A stretch of 64,000 nucleotides of DNA, from assembly GCA_958296135.2 (NCBI GenBank), contig CATQHZ020000001.1:4416001-4480000 (forward strand), in the 5' to 3' direction. Within the stretch, counting starts at the first letter, position 1. The number at the start of each line of letters is the position of its first letter. Below, one piece after another: positions 30,373 through 40,505 of this stretch. Under the pieces are notes generated by a model. It saw nothing but the letters and a program-made list of their open reading frames with translations, had not been told where the DNA came from and searched no databases. This stretch comes from an uncultured Poribacteria bacterium (GTDB lineage: Bacteria > Poribacteria > WGA-4E > WGA-3G). A program made the position numbers and the translations under genes.

Positions 30373-30814
30373 GCATTGCACATCTCCCGGGAGGCGCGGT
30401 AGAAACAGACACCGTAAAGAGCCTTGTTGAAAACCGCGCCTACCGAGATTCAGTTACGTCCGGCCTCTAAAAAGGACTTCAATCTGTCGGTGCTTCCCGC
30501 GATAGTCAAACCGGGCTCATTTATCCCCATTATCCCCAGACAGCATATGTCAAGTGGGATGTGTGGGAAGAGGAGGACGGCACCCTTTCTCGCTATCCCG
30601 CGCGCGTTACGGGCAGATCTGGTGTCAATGGCTATGAAGAGAGCTTGGCCGAAGGGATAATTCCATCGCATATCACTGTGATTGACTACGAGGAAGCAGG
30701 CATCGATGCGTATCAATTTCTCGATTTCCAGCACGAGTGAACATGCGGATACCCGATGCAGGCGCGGTGAAAACCCGCCCCCGGGCTGGAAAAATCGTAT
30801 TTTTAATGTTACCC

Positions 30815-30843
30815 TTGACATTTTTTGTTGAAAAGGGTAAAAT
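30815..30843 (+). promoter_or_regulatory. sigma70-type promoter TTGACA-17-TAAAAT for the sigma-factor gene
   Basis: Near-consensus; implies a ~150-nt structured 5' UTR. Confidence 0.7.
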
Positions 30844-31001
30844 AAGAGAAAAGCATCTCATCAGCACCGAAAAACGCGATAAAAATCGCGAGACTTGCGA
30901 CTGATGAGAGAGAATACCGCCGTGCAACTGCACGACAGGCATTCTTCCGGAAGTAGAAACTCACCTATCACGGGAAACCTGCTTTGAAGGAGGAGAGAGT
31001 C

Positions 31002-31661
31002 ATGTCGTTGAGATGTTACCGGCAGGGCATCAAATGCCCGGCCTACAAGCACGTGGGGACTTTCATTCCAACGGATGAGATAGTCGAGCCGCTTTTTCCA
31101 GATTTGCAGCACTGCGCGAAATGTATGGCGTATGCTGGCTCTGCACGTCCAGATCTGGCAGACCATCTGATGTCAGAGGCATCCTTGGTGCTTATTGAAA
31201 AGGGGCCGTTATATAATCCGCAGCACGAAAGTGGTGCAAAATTCGGCACCTTCATCCGGCCGCAGATCTGTGGCGCGCTGACGATGGAGAAAGAGAAGGA
31301 GTGCAAATACAGCGAGATGGAGTCGGGAGACCCTGACAAACAGTGGGACCCGTCCCAATCCCGATATGCGAAAGTCAACGAGGATATCGGACGGCTGTGG
31401 CACCTGCCGGACCCGAGCGCGGACCCGATGCATCAGACTGACTATGATGTGTTCGCTGAGGATTTCAAGGTGCTCCGCCGGAAACTCCTGAGAAAGTTGA
31501 CATCTGGCGAACGTCGCGTTTTCCAGCGAAATCGGGAGGGTATGCCAAATATCGAAATCGCGGCGGAGCTGGGGCTCACGCCTGGGCGCACCAGCCAGTT
31601 GAAGCACCAGGCCATCGTGAAGTTGAAAGCCGCCTGCCGAGAATTCGGCATCCTGGCCTAA
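31002..31661 (+). CDS. Alternative sigma70-family RNA polymerase sigma factor with Cys-rich N-terminus
   Basis: Region-2-like YNPQHESGAKFGTFIRPQICGAL; region 4 LTSGERRVF...EIAAELGLTPGRTSQLKHQAIVKLK; AAGGAGG RBS. Confidence 0.85.
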   Translation: MSLRCYRQGIKCPAYKHVGTFIPTDEIVEPLFPDLQHCAKCMAYAGSARPDLADHLMSEASLVLIEKGPLYNPQHESGAKFGTFIRPQICGALTMEKEKECKYSEMESGDPDKQWDPSQSRYAKVNEDIGRLWHLPDPSADPMHQTDYDVFAEDFKVLRRKLLRKLTSGERRVFQRNREGMPNIEIAAELGLTPGRTSQLKHQAIVKLKAACREFGILA

Positions 31662-31906
31662 CGTTTTTTGGGAGGTTGAACCCGTTTTGAGCAGAATCAC
31701 ATTCCCTGTCTAGAGGCGATTGCATCTTCTGTGGTGCGCTCGCCTCTTTTTTTGCAGCACTCTTTACGCATTCTGTGATGAACGGATGCCCTCATTGGGC
31801 GGATATAGAAATCCTCCCCTACACGCACAGCGCGTGCACGTTTTCCGAAAATTGTCCGATTTCATTCTGAAACTCCAACTGCTCTTGACTTGTTCGGGCT
31901 TCCTGA

Positions 31907-32647
31907 CTACAGAAGTGAATTTGGCATCACATAGCGGCCGAGGTCGCGGAGGGAAATCGCGGTATAACCGTGCTCGGAAAGGTATGCCATGTATGCCTCA
32001 AACGCCTCCGGTTCAGTGTTTACCCACGGATGCTCAATATCTGGCACGCCGTGGAACGTGAGAATCGAGATATGTCCCGCTTTCGCTTGCGCGAGAGCCC
32101 ACGTGAAATCGTCAAAATTCCAATGCGGTCCCGAGGCACCTGTGGTTGGAATGAGGAGGGGATGGTGAACAGCAGGATTATAGGCGGGGCCCCTGCCGCC
32201 TTCGCCATCGTAAGGGAATTCGGGGGCGACACCGCGACGCGCAAATTGGAAGCCGTGCTTTGAAAGCACTTGCACTGCCGCTTCGCCGTGGCTATAGCCG
32301 GGGTAACAGAAGGTTGTCGGGCGCGGAATGCCGTATGCCTCACACTGCGCGTCAATGTGTTGCAAGTCCCCGCTGAGTGCCGCATCGGATTGCTGCGTGA
32401 CGTTTCGGTGATGGCGCGTGTGGTTGCCGATTTCAAAACCGGCACCGTGTAAGCCGCGCACCTCCTCCCACGTCATATAGGCATCCTTATTTTTGAGGAA
32501 CCCGAGCCCCTCGGTGATATAGAACGTCGCGCCGAAACCGTAATGCGTCAGCAGCGGCGCAACGAAGGTGGCTTGCGATTTGCAACCATCGTCAAACGTG
32601 AGGACGACGAGTTTATCGGGAATAGGGGGGCGTTGTGCGTGTCTCAT
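31907..32647 (-). CDS. Polysaccharide deacetylase family protein
   Basis: VVLTFDDG, GATFYI, EIGNHTRHH, FCYPG, LTFHG. Confidence 0.9.
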   Translation of the reverse strand: MRHAQRPPIPDKLVVLTFDDGCKSQATFVAPLLTHYGFGATFYITEGLGFLKNKDAYMTWEEVRGLHGAGFEIGNHTRHHRNVTQQSDAALSGDLQHIDAQCEAYGIPRPTTFCYPGYSHGEAAVQVLSKHGFQFARRGVAPEFPYDGEGGRGPAYNPAVHHPLLIPTTGASGPHWNFDDFTWALAQAKAGHISILTFHGVPDIEHPWVNTEPEAFEAYMAYLSEHGYTAISLRDLGRYVMPNSLL

Positions 32648-32807
32648 GCTACGGTATTTTATGTGAGACTGCGGTTTTTGTCAAGAAAAATCAGAACCAT
32701 TCAGTTTTCGATTGCCGGTCTCACAGCTCTGACAAAACTTCAGAACGATTTCCTTGACAAAAATTCGGAATTCGTCTAAAATAAAGCCAAACTTGGGAGG
32801 TGTGAAC

Positions 32808-33806
32808 ATGATTGATCGACGTGAATTTCTTAAATCGATGGCAGGCTTGACAACGGGACTCCTCTTGTCCTCTGCAGCTACAGGAACCAGCGCAGAAAAT
32901 AGTGCCAGCGACCGGCTAGGTCCGCTTTTGCCCACGCGGCGGCTCGGGCGCACTGAGGAAGCAGTGACGATGCTCGGGGTTGGCGGCTGGCATATCGTGA
33001 ACATGGAAGAAGCGGAAGCACAGAAAACGATTGAGACAGCACTCAAAGGCGGCGTGCGGTTCTTTGATAGCGCGGAATCTTACGCCGAACACGGGGTGCG
33101 AAGCGAAAGCCGCCTGGGCAAACTGCTCGTGCCGAAGTATCGGGACGATATTTTCCTGATGACGAAGACGACAGCGCGCGACGCGGAAGGCGCACGGGAA
33201 CACCTCGAAAAATCGCTCAAACGCCTCAATACCGACAGACTCGATCTGTGGCAGGTGCATGCAGTACGGAATCCCGAAGACGTGGATGAACGCATCGATA
33301 ACGGTGTTTTCGAGGTGATGCAGGAGGCGAAGGAGGCCGGCAAAACACGCTATATCGGTTTCACGGGGCATTCAAGTCCCGCCGCGCACGAACGCGTGCT
33401 AGAACAAACCGATATCTTTGACACGTGCCAATTGTCCATGAACCTCGTTGATGTCAGTTACGAGAGTTTCATCGAGAGGGTTGTGCCGATACTCCTTGAA
33501 CGCAACATCGGTATCATCGGCATGAAGGCGTTGGCGAACGGCGGCTTCTTCGGCGGCTCCAGGCATGGACAGCACGGCATGAATCCCAAAGTCGTGCCCA
33601 ATCGCGTGAGCATCGCCGAAGCGATCCGGTTCGTCTGGGCACTCCCAGTCAGCACGCTTGTGACGGGCCCAGATAATGCGGCGCAGTTGCAAGAGAAAAT
33701 CGACATCGCCAAGGCGTTCACCGGCATGGACGATGACGAACGGCAGCGACTCATCGAGAAGGTCGCGGATATGGCAGGCACCGGCGTTGAATTCTACAAA
33801 GCTTAA
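32808..33806 (+). CDS. Aldo/keto reductase with Tat signal
   Basis: DRREFLK; GVRFFDSAESY, SLKRLNTDRLDLWQVH. Confidence 0.9.
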   Translation: MIDRREFLKSMAGLTTGLLLSSAATGTSAENSASDRLGPLLPTRRLGRTEEAVTMLGVGGWHIVNMEEAEAQKTIETALKGGVRFFDSAESYAEHGVRSESRLGKLLVPKYRDDIFLMTKTTARDAEGAREHLEKSLKRLNTDRLDLWQVHAVRNPEDVDERIDNGVFEVMQEAKEAGKTRYIGFTGHSSPAAHERVLEQTDIFDTCQLSMNLVDVSYESFIERVVPILLERNIGIIGMKALANGGFFGGSRHGQHGMNPKVVPNRVSIAEAIRFVWALPVSTLVTGPDNAAQLQEKIDIAKAFTGMDDDERQRLIEKVADMAGTGVEFYKA

Positions 33807-33888
33807 CCCGTGCTCCTTCGTCGTTCCTAGCCGGGGTTTAGCATGTCGCCCTACGTTCTTCCAGGGTTCAAACCGCGCATGGAGAAGG

Positions 33889-35574
33889 TTGCGCGCTTAC
33901 AACGCGCGCCTACGGGGTTCGTCCCGCGTCAAGCCCATTATTTGCGTATGCGTCCTACTTTGCGCCTGTCTCCCTGCAGCCGCGAATGTCCAATTCATAG
34001 ATGTCACCGAGGCAGCAGGCATCCGATTTCGGCACGCTACCGGTGCTACCGGTGCACGTTACCTGCCGGAAACGATGGGGGCTGGCTGCGCGTTTTTGGA
34101 CTACGACTCCGATGGCAATCTAGATATCCTACTGGTGAACGGGAGAGACTGGCAGGCACCGGATGCAACGCAAACCGCGCGCCTTTACCGAAACCGCGGC
34201 GATGGAAAGTTCACGGATGTTACCGAAACGGCGAAACTCAACGTGCCGATGTATGGCATGGGCGTAACAAGTGCTGATTACGATAACGACAGCGATGCCG
34301 ATATTTACCTCACTGCTGTCGGCAAAAATCGGCTGTTCCGCAACAACGGCGACGGGACGTTCACGGATACCACCGACTTCGCAAACGTGGGTGACGCTGG
34401 CTGGGGAACGAGTGCGGCGTTCTTCGATGTAGATAAGGACGGCTGGCTCGATCTCTTTGTCGGCAACTACGTTGCGTGGACACCGGAAACGGATGTCCCT
34501 TGCACCGTCGCGCAGCACCGTTCCTATTGCACGCCGACGGTTTACGCAGGGCAATCTTGTCGCCTCTATCGCAACCGAGGCGATGGCACGTTTGAGGATG
34601 TGACGTTACACGCAGGACTCGACAATCCCAATGGAAAATCGCTCGGCGTAGCCGTCTTAGATTACAACGACGATGGGTGGCTCGATCTGGCTGTGGCCAA
34701 CGATACGGAGGCGAATTTCCTGTATCGGAATAACGGCGATGGCACATTCACCGATGAGGCGATTGTGATGGGAGTCGCCTTCAGTGCATCCGGCAAGGCG
34801 CGCGGAAGCATGGGGATTGACGCAGCTGATGTCTATAACACCGGCGGCACCGCTATCGCCATCGGCAATTTTAGCAATGAAAAAACGGCGTTCTTCTACG
34901 CAGAACCGGGTGCCGATTACTTTGTTGACACGGCAGCCCGGGTAAACATCGGCGAGGCAAGCCGCCGCGTGCTGACATTCGGTCTGCTCTTCTTCGATTG
35001 CGATTTTGACGGATACCTCGACCTGTTTTCTGTCAATGGGCACATTGAACCGGAGGTGGGAAGGCATCAGCAGCATACCCCTTATGCGCAACTGCCATCT
35101 CTCTTTCAAAACCGGGGCGATGGCACTTTTCGCGATATCGGCAAACGCGCGGGACTGCAAATTGCCGGTGTCGGGCGCGGCTGTGCCTACGGCGATTACG
35201 ATAATGACGGTGACTTGGATCTCCTCGTCAGCAATAACGGCGTTGACGCAAATTACGGCATCCCTTGGCTCTTGCGCAACGATAGCGAGCCCATCGGGAA
35301 TTACCTCCGCGTCAAACTTGTCGGCACGACGAGCAATCGGGATGGGATTGGCGCGAAGGTGCGCGTGACAACGGCTGACACGGTGCAACAGCGGTTGGCG
35401 CAGACCGGCAGCAGTTACTGTTCTCAAAGCGAACTGACATTAACATTCGGGTTAGGACAAAACGACACGGTTGCACGGCTTGAGGTAACCTGGCCCTCCG
35501 GACAGATAGACAGGCATGTTGCAATCAAGGCGAATCAAAGCATCGCCGTTGTTGAAGGAGCATCCCAAAAATGA
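33889..35574 (+). CDS. CRTAC1-like FG-GAP repeat / ASPIC-UnbV protein (start uncertain)
   Basis: Repeated DYDNDG.LDL, LYRNRGDGTF.DVT; SNRDGIGAKV, TFGLG, VTWPSG. Confidence 0.88.
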   Translation: MRAYNARLRGSSRVKPIICVCVLLCACLPAAANVQFIDVTEAAGIRFRHATGATGARYLPETMGAGCAFLDYDSDGNLDILLVNGRDWQAPDATQTARLYRNRGDGKFTDVTETAKLNVPMYGMGVTSADYDNDSDADIYLTAVGKNRLFRNNGDGTFTDTTDFANVGDAGWGTSAAFFDVDKDGWLDLFVGNYVAWTPETDVPCTVAQHRSYCTPTVYAGQSCRLYRNRGDGTFEDVTLHAGLDNPNGKSLGVAVLDYNDDGWLDLAVANDTEANFLYRNNGDGTFTDEAIVMGVAFSASGKARGSMGIDAADVYNTGGTAIAIGNFSNEKTAFFYAEPGADYFVDTAARVNIGEASRRVLTFGLLFFDCDFDGYLDLFSVNGHIEPEVGRHQQHTPYAQLPSLFQNRGDGTFRDIGKRAGLQIAGVGRGCAYGDYDNDGDLDLLVSNNGVDANYGIPWLLRNDSEPIGNYLRVKLVGTTSNRDGIGAKVRVTTADTVQQRLAQTGSSYCSQSELTLTFGLGQNDTVARLEVTWPSGQIDRHVAIKANQSIAVVEGASQK

Positions 35575-36374
35575 ACAGACATCTCTATGGATGCCTCTTT
35601 TTGGTGATTGTGTGGCTCATTTGCGGATGCGAGGATACGCCGCTGCCTGCGCAGAAACAGCCTGTCACGCAACCCGCCGCGAAAAAACCTGCGACATCTC
35701 CCACCGCGCAGGACTACAATAACAGCGGCACAGCTTATCTGCGCGAAAAGAAATTGGACGAGGCGGCAGCTGCGTATCAACGTGCCATCGCGATGAAGCC
35801 GACGCTCGTCGCGGCACACCACAACTTAGCCACGGTTTACGTGATGCAAGGGAAACTCGGCGAGGCTATTGAGGCGTATCAGCGCGTGATTGCGTTGTGG
35901 CCAGACATGGCGGCGGCGTATGCAGACCTCGGCAGAGCCTACGGACTCGCTGGCAGGTTAGATGAGGCAATCGCTGAATTTGAGAAGGCACTCACGCGCG
36001 ATGGAACGCTCGTCCACGGCTACTACGGCATCGGCGTGGCGTATCGGCACAAACGGATGTTCCCCGAAGCCATCGCCGCGCTTGAAAAGGCAATCTCCCT
36101 GCAACCCGAGCTTCCGGAAGCACTGATGCAACTCGGCACCATCTACCGCGAGACAGACCGGCTCGCGGAGGCGATTGCGGCGTTCACCGCAATGAATCAA
36201 CTCAGGCCAAACAATGCACAAGCACACCATGAACTCGGCGTGTGTTATACGCAGCAGGGTGCATATCGTAAGGCTGTCGCCGCGTTTGAACGTGCTTTGC
36301 AGTTAAAGCCCGAGGATGCTGATACGCAGAACCTTTTGCGTGTCGCCCAAGCCCGTTTGGCACAGCAAAAGTAA
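35571..36374 (+). CDS. Tetratricopeptide repeat lipoprotein
   Basis: About 6 TPR units; ICGC lipobox-like; start overlaps the upstream stop (ATGA). Confidence 0.9.
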   Translation: MNRHLYGCLFLVIVWLICGCEDTPLPAQKQPVTQPAAKKPATSPTAQDYNNSGTAYLREKKLDEAAAAYQRAIAMKPTLVAAHHNLATVYVMQGKLGEAIEAYQRVIALWPDMAAAYADLGRAYGLAGRLDEAIAEFEKALTRDGTLVHGYYGIGVAYRHKRMFPEAIAALEKAISLQPELPEALMQLGTIYRETDRLAEAIAAFTAMNQLRPNNAQAHHELGVCYTQQGAYRKAVAAFERALQLKPEDADTQNLLRVAQARLAQQK

Positions 36375-36649
36375 GGACAGATGGCCATAACTGTCCGCCC
36401 TTTTTTAAGAACAGATTTCTATGGTTTCCGCCCCAACGATTTTTAGAACTTAATCCCTAATCATCTGTCTAATTGTTAACCAACCTAACACCAAAGTCTG
36501 TAGGGCGCGCTCGCATTCAAGCAGCAATCCAAAACTACAGACGCTTCCTATAAGGACAGATTTCCATATCCGTCCTGATGAACGCCGGAAACGGGCGGAG
36601 ATAGAAATCCGCCCTTACAATCTGGCACAACTTCCAAAGGAGAAAAAAG

Positions 36650-37480
36650 ATGCAACAGGCTCTATTTGTTACGCTGTTCATCGCGGTATTTTCCGGAGCC
36701 ACCTTCGTTGCCCATTCTGCGGACATCGAAGACGGACTGTGGATGTATCTACCGCTTAACGAGGGCGCAGGTCAAACCGTCGCCGACCACGGCCCCAACG
36801 ACTTTGAAACCGAACTCAGCAAAACCGCGCCGAAATGGGTCGATGCCAAGCATGACTCCATCAAAAACGCGATGGAGTTTGACGGCAAATCCACTTATGT
36901 CAAGATTGACATGGCGGCGCAGAAGAAGGACATTGACTCGCATTTTGACGATAAGAAAGGCATCTCGATTTGTGCCTGGGTCAAAGTGTTGAAAGTCGGC
37001 ACCGATGCGCATGGACAAACACGGCAGCCTATCGTCATGAAAGGCAACGCCAATGCGTGGGAATTCGCGCTCTACGTGTATGACGATTTCGGCGCGGGGA
37101 TGTCGGTGTGGACATGCCCCGGCTCCGGCGTTTCTGAACCGCATGGTGCTGGTTCCGCGCCACAAGGCAAGTGGATTCATCAGTGCGGCACGTTTAAACT
37201 GAAAGAAGGCGTGCGCGTCTACGTCGACGGCGATAAAAACCCGGTCGCGGAGCTCGGCGATAACGGCGGCGGCCCGTGTGAAACCGGCACGCGTCCGGTG
37301 TTCATCGCGCATCGGGAGGACGGACAATGGCTCAACGCTGTCATTGCCGAGGTCTTCATGTGGGACCGGGTAATCGACATCGATGAGATGAATCTCGCCA
37401 TGGAAACTATCGGTGGGTTGGCAGTGCAGCCGGGAGGGAAGCTGACTACCACCTGGGGCAATGTGAAACGCCGAAGGTGA
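36650..37480 (+). CDS. Secreted LamG-like protein with GKLTTTWG tail
   Basis: Signal peptide; YLPLNEGAG, SICAWVK, VIAEVFMWDRVI; AVQPGGKLTTTWGNVK. Confidence 0.88.
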   Translation: MQQALFVTLFIAVFSGATFVAHSADIEDGLWMYLPLNEGAGQTVADHGPNDFETELSKTAPKWVDAKHDSIKNAMEFDGKSTYVKIDMAAQKKDIDSHFDDKKGISICAWVKVLKVGTDAHGQTRQPIVMKGNANAWEFALYVYDDFGAGMSVWTCPGSGVSEPHGAGSAPQGKWIHQCGTFKLKEGVRVYVDGDKNPVAELGDNGGGPCETGTRPVFIAHREDGQWLNAVIAEVFMWDRVIDIDEMNLAMETIGGLAVQPGGKLTTTWGNVKRRR

Positions 37481-37543
37481 GTAGAAGTGCTCAGAGCGGG
37501 ACCAGGCGATCCCGCTCTACGATGGAAGAGAGGCCGAATCCAT

Positions 37544-38326
37544 CTAAGCCAGCAGCTCCCGCTCCGCCGGATTCATTTTGAAACCGCCTGCAACAATGTT
37601 GTTGTAGGGCTCCTCCGGGGCGCGGCCGACAGGACGCATGCCCGGTTTATGATACCCGAAGCGGACTGCCTTCCGCCACTGCTCCGTCCGATTCACCTCA
37701 GACCAGTGGATAAGGCAATAACTGAAGAAAATCACATCGCCTGCCCGCGCCGGAACCGGAATGGAGTCAAGGAAATCCGGGTGATACTTATCGGTAGGCA
37801 GATGCGGCGCGGTGCCTTCACCCGTGATATGCTCCCGCGGTCCCTCCTTATGGCTGCCGGGGACGACACGAAGCGCGCCGCTCTCAAAAGGCGCGTCGTC
37901 AAGATGCACGAGGCAATCCACGAAATCAAGCCCATCGTGTGGGTAGAACGGATAGTCCTGATGCATCGGGAACGGCGTGCCTTTCTCCGGCGGCTTGGCA
38001 TGCAGCACGGTGTGGTGCCACTGAATCGTCTCGCCGATGAGCGATTGCACGGCACCCGTCAACCGTTCGTGGAATATGACGCGTCCCCACGTCGCGGAGT
38101 AGAAGTGCGGGTTGTGCATGAAGACTGCCTTCGTCGTATCCTGGTCTTCCGCCTTGAGGTAGCGTGCGCGCCAGGGGCCGGGCCAGCCGATCGTCTCCTG
38201 TCCCCAATTGTTAATGATACGCACCATTTCAGATGCGAGTTCGCTCGTCTCCTCCGGTGTGAAGAGTTGCTCCACTTTGAGGTAGCCGTTCTCGTGATAA
38301 AAATCAACCTTGTCTTGCGTAAGCAT
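37544..38326 (-). CDS. Phytanoyl-CoA dioxygenase (PhyH) family protein
   Basis: FYHENGYL, PMHQD, GALRVVPGSH, AGDVIFF...HWS. Confidence 0.92.
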   Translation of the reverse strand: MLTQDKVDFYHENGYLKVEQLFTPEETSELASEMVRIINNWGQETIGWPGPWRARYLKAEDQDTTKAVFMHNPHFYSATWGRVIFHERLTGAVQSLIGETIQWHHTVLHAKPPEKGTPFPMHQDYPFYPHDGLDFVDCLVHLDDAPFESGALRVVPGSHKEGPREHITGEGTAPHLPTDKYHPDFLDSIPVPARAGDVIFFSYCLIHWSEVNRTEQWRKAVRFGYHKPGMRPVGRAPEEPYNNIVAGGFKMNPAERELLA

Positions 38327-38440
38327 GGTAAGCCTCCGTTATGTCAACTGAAGCACTCCAACGGAGTGCAACGTTTATAGCGATTACTAAATTTTACGCT
38401 AAAAGCGGACGTTTTGTCAAGGTTTTTTAATTGAACCGAA

Positions 38441-39829
38441 TTACCTAACAGTTTCCAGCCGGTTAAGAGCCGTCTCTTCATCTGCCTCAATTGCGATTTC
38501 GACTGCACGCTTCGCGCATTCCAAAAGGTGCTTGGATTGCCGGCGCAGGTTAAAGGACTCGGTGACCTGCCGTTCGATTTCAGCCTGCTTCTCGTCGGAC
38601 AGAATGGGAATGAGCGTTTCGGCCACCTGAGCTGGCCGCCAATGGGGAATTACTGAGCCTCCCACATCACGATTCACCTGCTCTTGCGTCAAAATCGAAT
38701 TGAGCACCAGCGTCAGATAGTCAGTGCGAATGCGATCGGATTTGCGCTGCAACCGAAGGATGCCGCCCGCGGGAATCATTTTGGGCGGCTGTTCGCGCAG
38801 ATGATGTGCGATGCCCGGCGTTGCATCCTTGCTGAGCAGGATTTCTCCCTGTTTCGGTTGGTGTTGCTCAAGCTCAACATACAGTTCTTCCGAGATGTAT
38901 TTCTCTTGCGTGATTTCAAACGGGCTGAGATTGCTCACGCGCACGAAGGGGATGCCTGCCTCACGGTATTTCCTGCTACCTACCTCAATGCATTTTTCCA
39001 GCGTGACGAGATTTCCGAGCGTATCCCAACCTCCCGGATAGCCTTTAATGGCATTAACGATGTCATCGTATCTCGGCCGGAAGTATCCCGCGTCAAAGCG
39101 TTCTGCCACCTGAACATCCGAATAGTTTTTGACGAAGGCGAGTTGCGGCTTAGGCTGCCAGTCGGTAAGGCTGACTGAGGCAATGATGAACGCTTGGGCT
39201 TCTGCGTATCGCGCATTTGATAACTCCGTTAAATCTTGCGAACGCAAATAGATTTTTTCGATCTCATCTGGAAGGTATCTCCAAAACGGCATAGGGATTT
39301 GATATAGATGAGGCGGCGCGATTTCAGGTTGTAGGCTGCCATATTTCCCTTTCTCCATCATGGCTCTGCCATATTTCGTGTTGAGAAAAACAGCGAGAAA
39401 GAAAGGGTTCAAACTACCGCTTTTGACGATAAAGGTATGGGATGACGATATCGCCTCTTCACGTTCCAGATAGATGGCACACAAACCGGGGGTTCCCGAT
39501 CGCGTTATCAGGATGTCTTTGTAGTGGATAGTGTTTTCCTTCAAACGCTCCGCGTCCTCTGCCGATATATAAACAGGATTAGTCGTCAGATCAACGGAAA
39601 GCGGGCGAACGTTTTGCGATCTCAAAAACAGAACGCCCTCGTCCACATAATTTCGCTTTATCTCCTTGGGGTGCCTGATTTGGACCTGAAAATCAATTAA
39701 CTTACGTGAACTGATTTCTTCAAGTCGGTTCCAGATCCTCAGATAGTCAGGGTGGAAAAACTCTGCATCAAGCCGCATAGAATGTGACGCACTTACCACG
39801 GATTGGTAATTAACGATTGAATACCGCAT
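38441..39829 (-). CDS. Restriction-modification specificity subunit (HsdS-like, two TRDs)
   Basis: RLDAEFF / RFDAGYF repeated halves, DILITRSGT, GSLQPEI, C-terminal AKRAVEIAIE helix. Confidence 0.85.
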   Translation of the reverse strand: MRYSIVNYQSVVSASHSMRLDAEFFHPDYLRIWNRLEEISSRKLIDFQVQIRHPKEIKRNYVDEGVLFLRSQNVRPLSVDLTTNPVYISAEDAERLKENTIHYKDILITRSGTPGLCAIYLEREEAISSSHTFIVKSGSLNPFFLAVFLNTKYGRAMMEKGKYGSLQPEIAPPHLYQIPMPFWRYLPDEIEKIYLRSQDLTELSNARYAEAQAFIIASVSLTDWQPKPQLAFVKNYSDVQVAERFDAGYFRPRYDDIVNAIKGYPGGWDTLGNLVTLEKCIEVGSRKYREAGIPFVRVSNLSPFEITQEKYISEELYVELEQHQPKQGEILLSKDATPGIAHHLREQPPKMIPAGGILRLQRKSDRIRTDYLTLVLNSILTQEQVNRDVGGSVIPHWRPAQVAETLIPILSDEKQAEIERQVTESFNLRRQSKHLLECAKRAVEIAIEADEETALNRLETVR

Positions 39830-40503
39830 TACTTAGTCTTTCCATCCCTTTTCTCTATCGCCTTCCTCGCCTTTTCGGGAAGGTTATTGTAGAGGTTTTG
39901 AATTTGTTTAGGCTGTGAGATTAATGACTCAGCGATTACGTTAATCAGGCCGAAAAGCATTCCAACGTCGGTCTCATCGCTAAAATCGATCACCCCAGGG
40001 TGAACAGCTTCGTTGCCTGTTACCCTCACAATGTCCAATGATTGTTGGACTTGTTCGTCAAGCCCTTTTTTTACGAGATTTCCTACGCTGTCGTTGATAG
40101 AGCCCGTTTCGCCAAGGAATTTGAGGACCATTTCTATAGCCAATCTCAACAAGGCGCAGGCAGCGCGAGGAGATTGATTGGCTATGTTAGCAGCTTCCTC
40201 ATAAACTTCCTTCACTTCGCATGGTAAATCGTCGTTTGCTGGCGGGGACGTGCGCCCCCGGGGGTAGATCATCTTTTCTGATAACCAGAACGTTGTCTGC
40301 TTACAGTGTGAACAACAAGAGGATTTGACCTCTGCCTTGTCAATCATAATTGGGTTCAGCTCACTACCCGGTACAAGGGCTCGCAGCGGATGAGGTGATA
40401 GATTAACATTGCGGAGAGGCTCCCATCGTTGACTTGCATAAACTTGGCAATAGGGACAGTGAAAATTCCCACTGCCATATTTGGGCGGAAAATATTTAGA
40501 CAT
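39829..40503 (-). CDS. DUF4145-like (HEPN-type) protein with zinc-ribbon N-terminus
   Basis: CPYC...CSHC; YEEA..SPRAACALLRLAIE; RVTGNEAVHPG. Confidence 0.8.
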   Translation of the reverse strand: MSKYFPPKYGSGNFHCPYCQVYASQRWEPLRNVNLSPHPLRALVPGSELNPIMIDKAEVKSSCCSHCKQTTFWLSEKMIYPRGRTSPPANDDLPCEVKEVYEEAANIANQSPRAACALLRLAIEMVLKFLGETGSINDSVGNLVKKGLDEQVQQSLDIVRVTGNEAVHPGVIDFSDETDVGMLFGLINVIAESLISQPKQIQNLYNNLPEKARKAIEKRDGKTK

Positions 40504-40505
40504 AA

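Noticed and set aside
30450-30821. 123-aa minus-strand ORF between the lipoproteins and the sigma gene
   Set aside because: It starts within the sigma promoter, runs through a REP, and has no RBS or recognisable domain.
30895-30985. Hammerhead ribozyme (CTGATGAG...GAAAC)
   Set aside because: No stem II closing onto CGAAA and no stem III/cleavage triplet could be built. CTGATGAGA is better explained as pairing with TCTCATCAG upstream.
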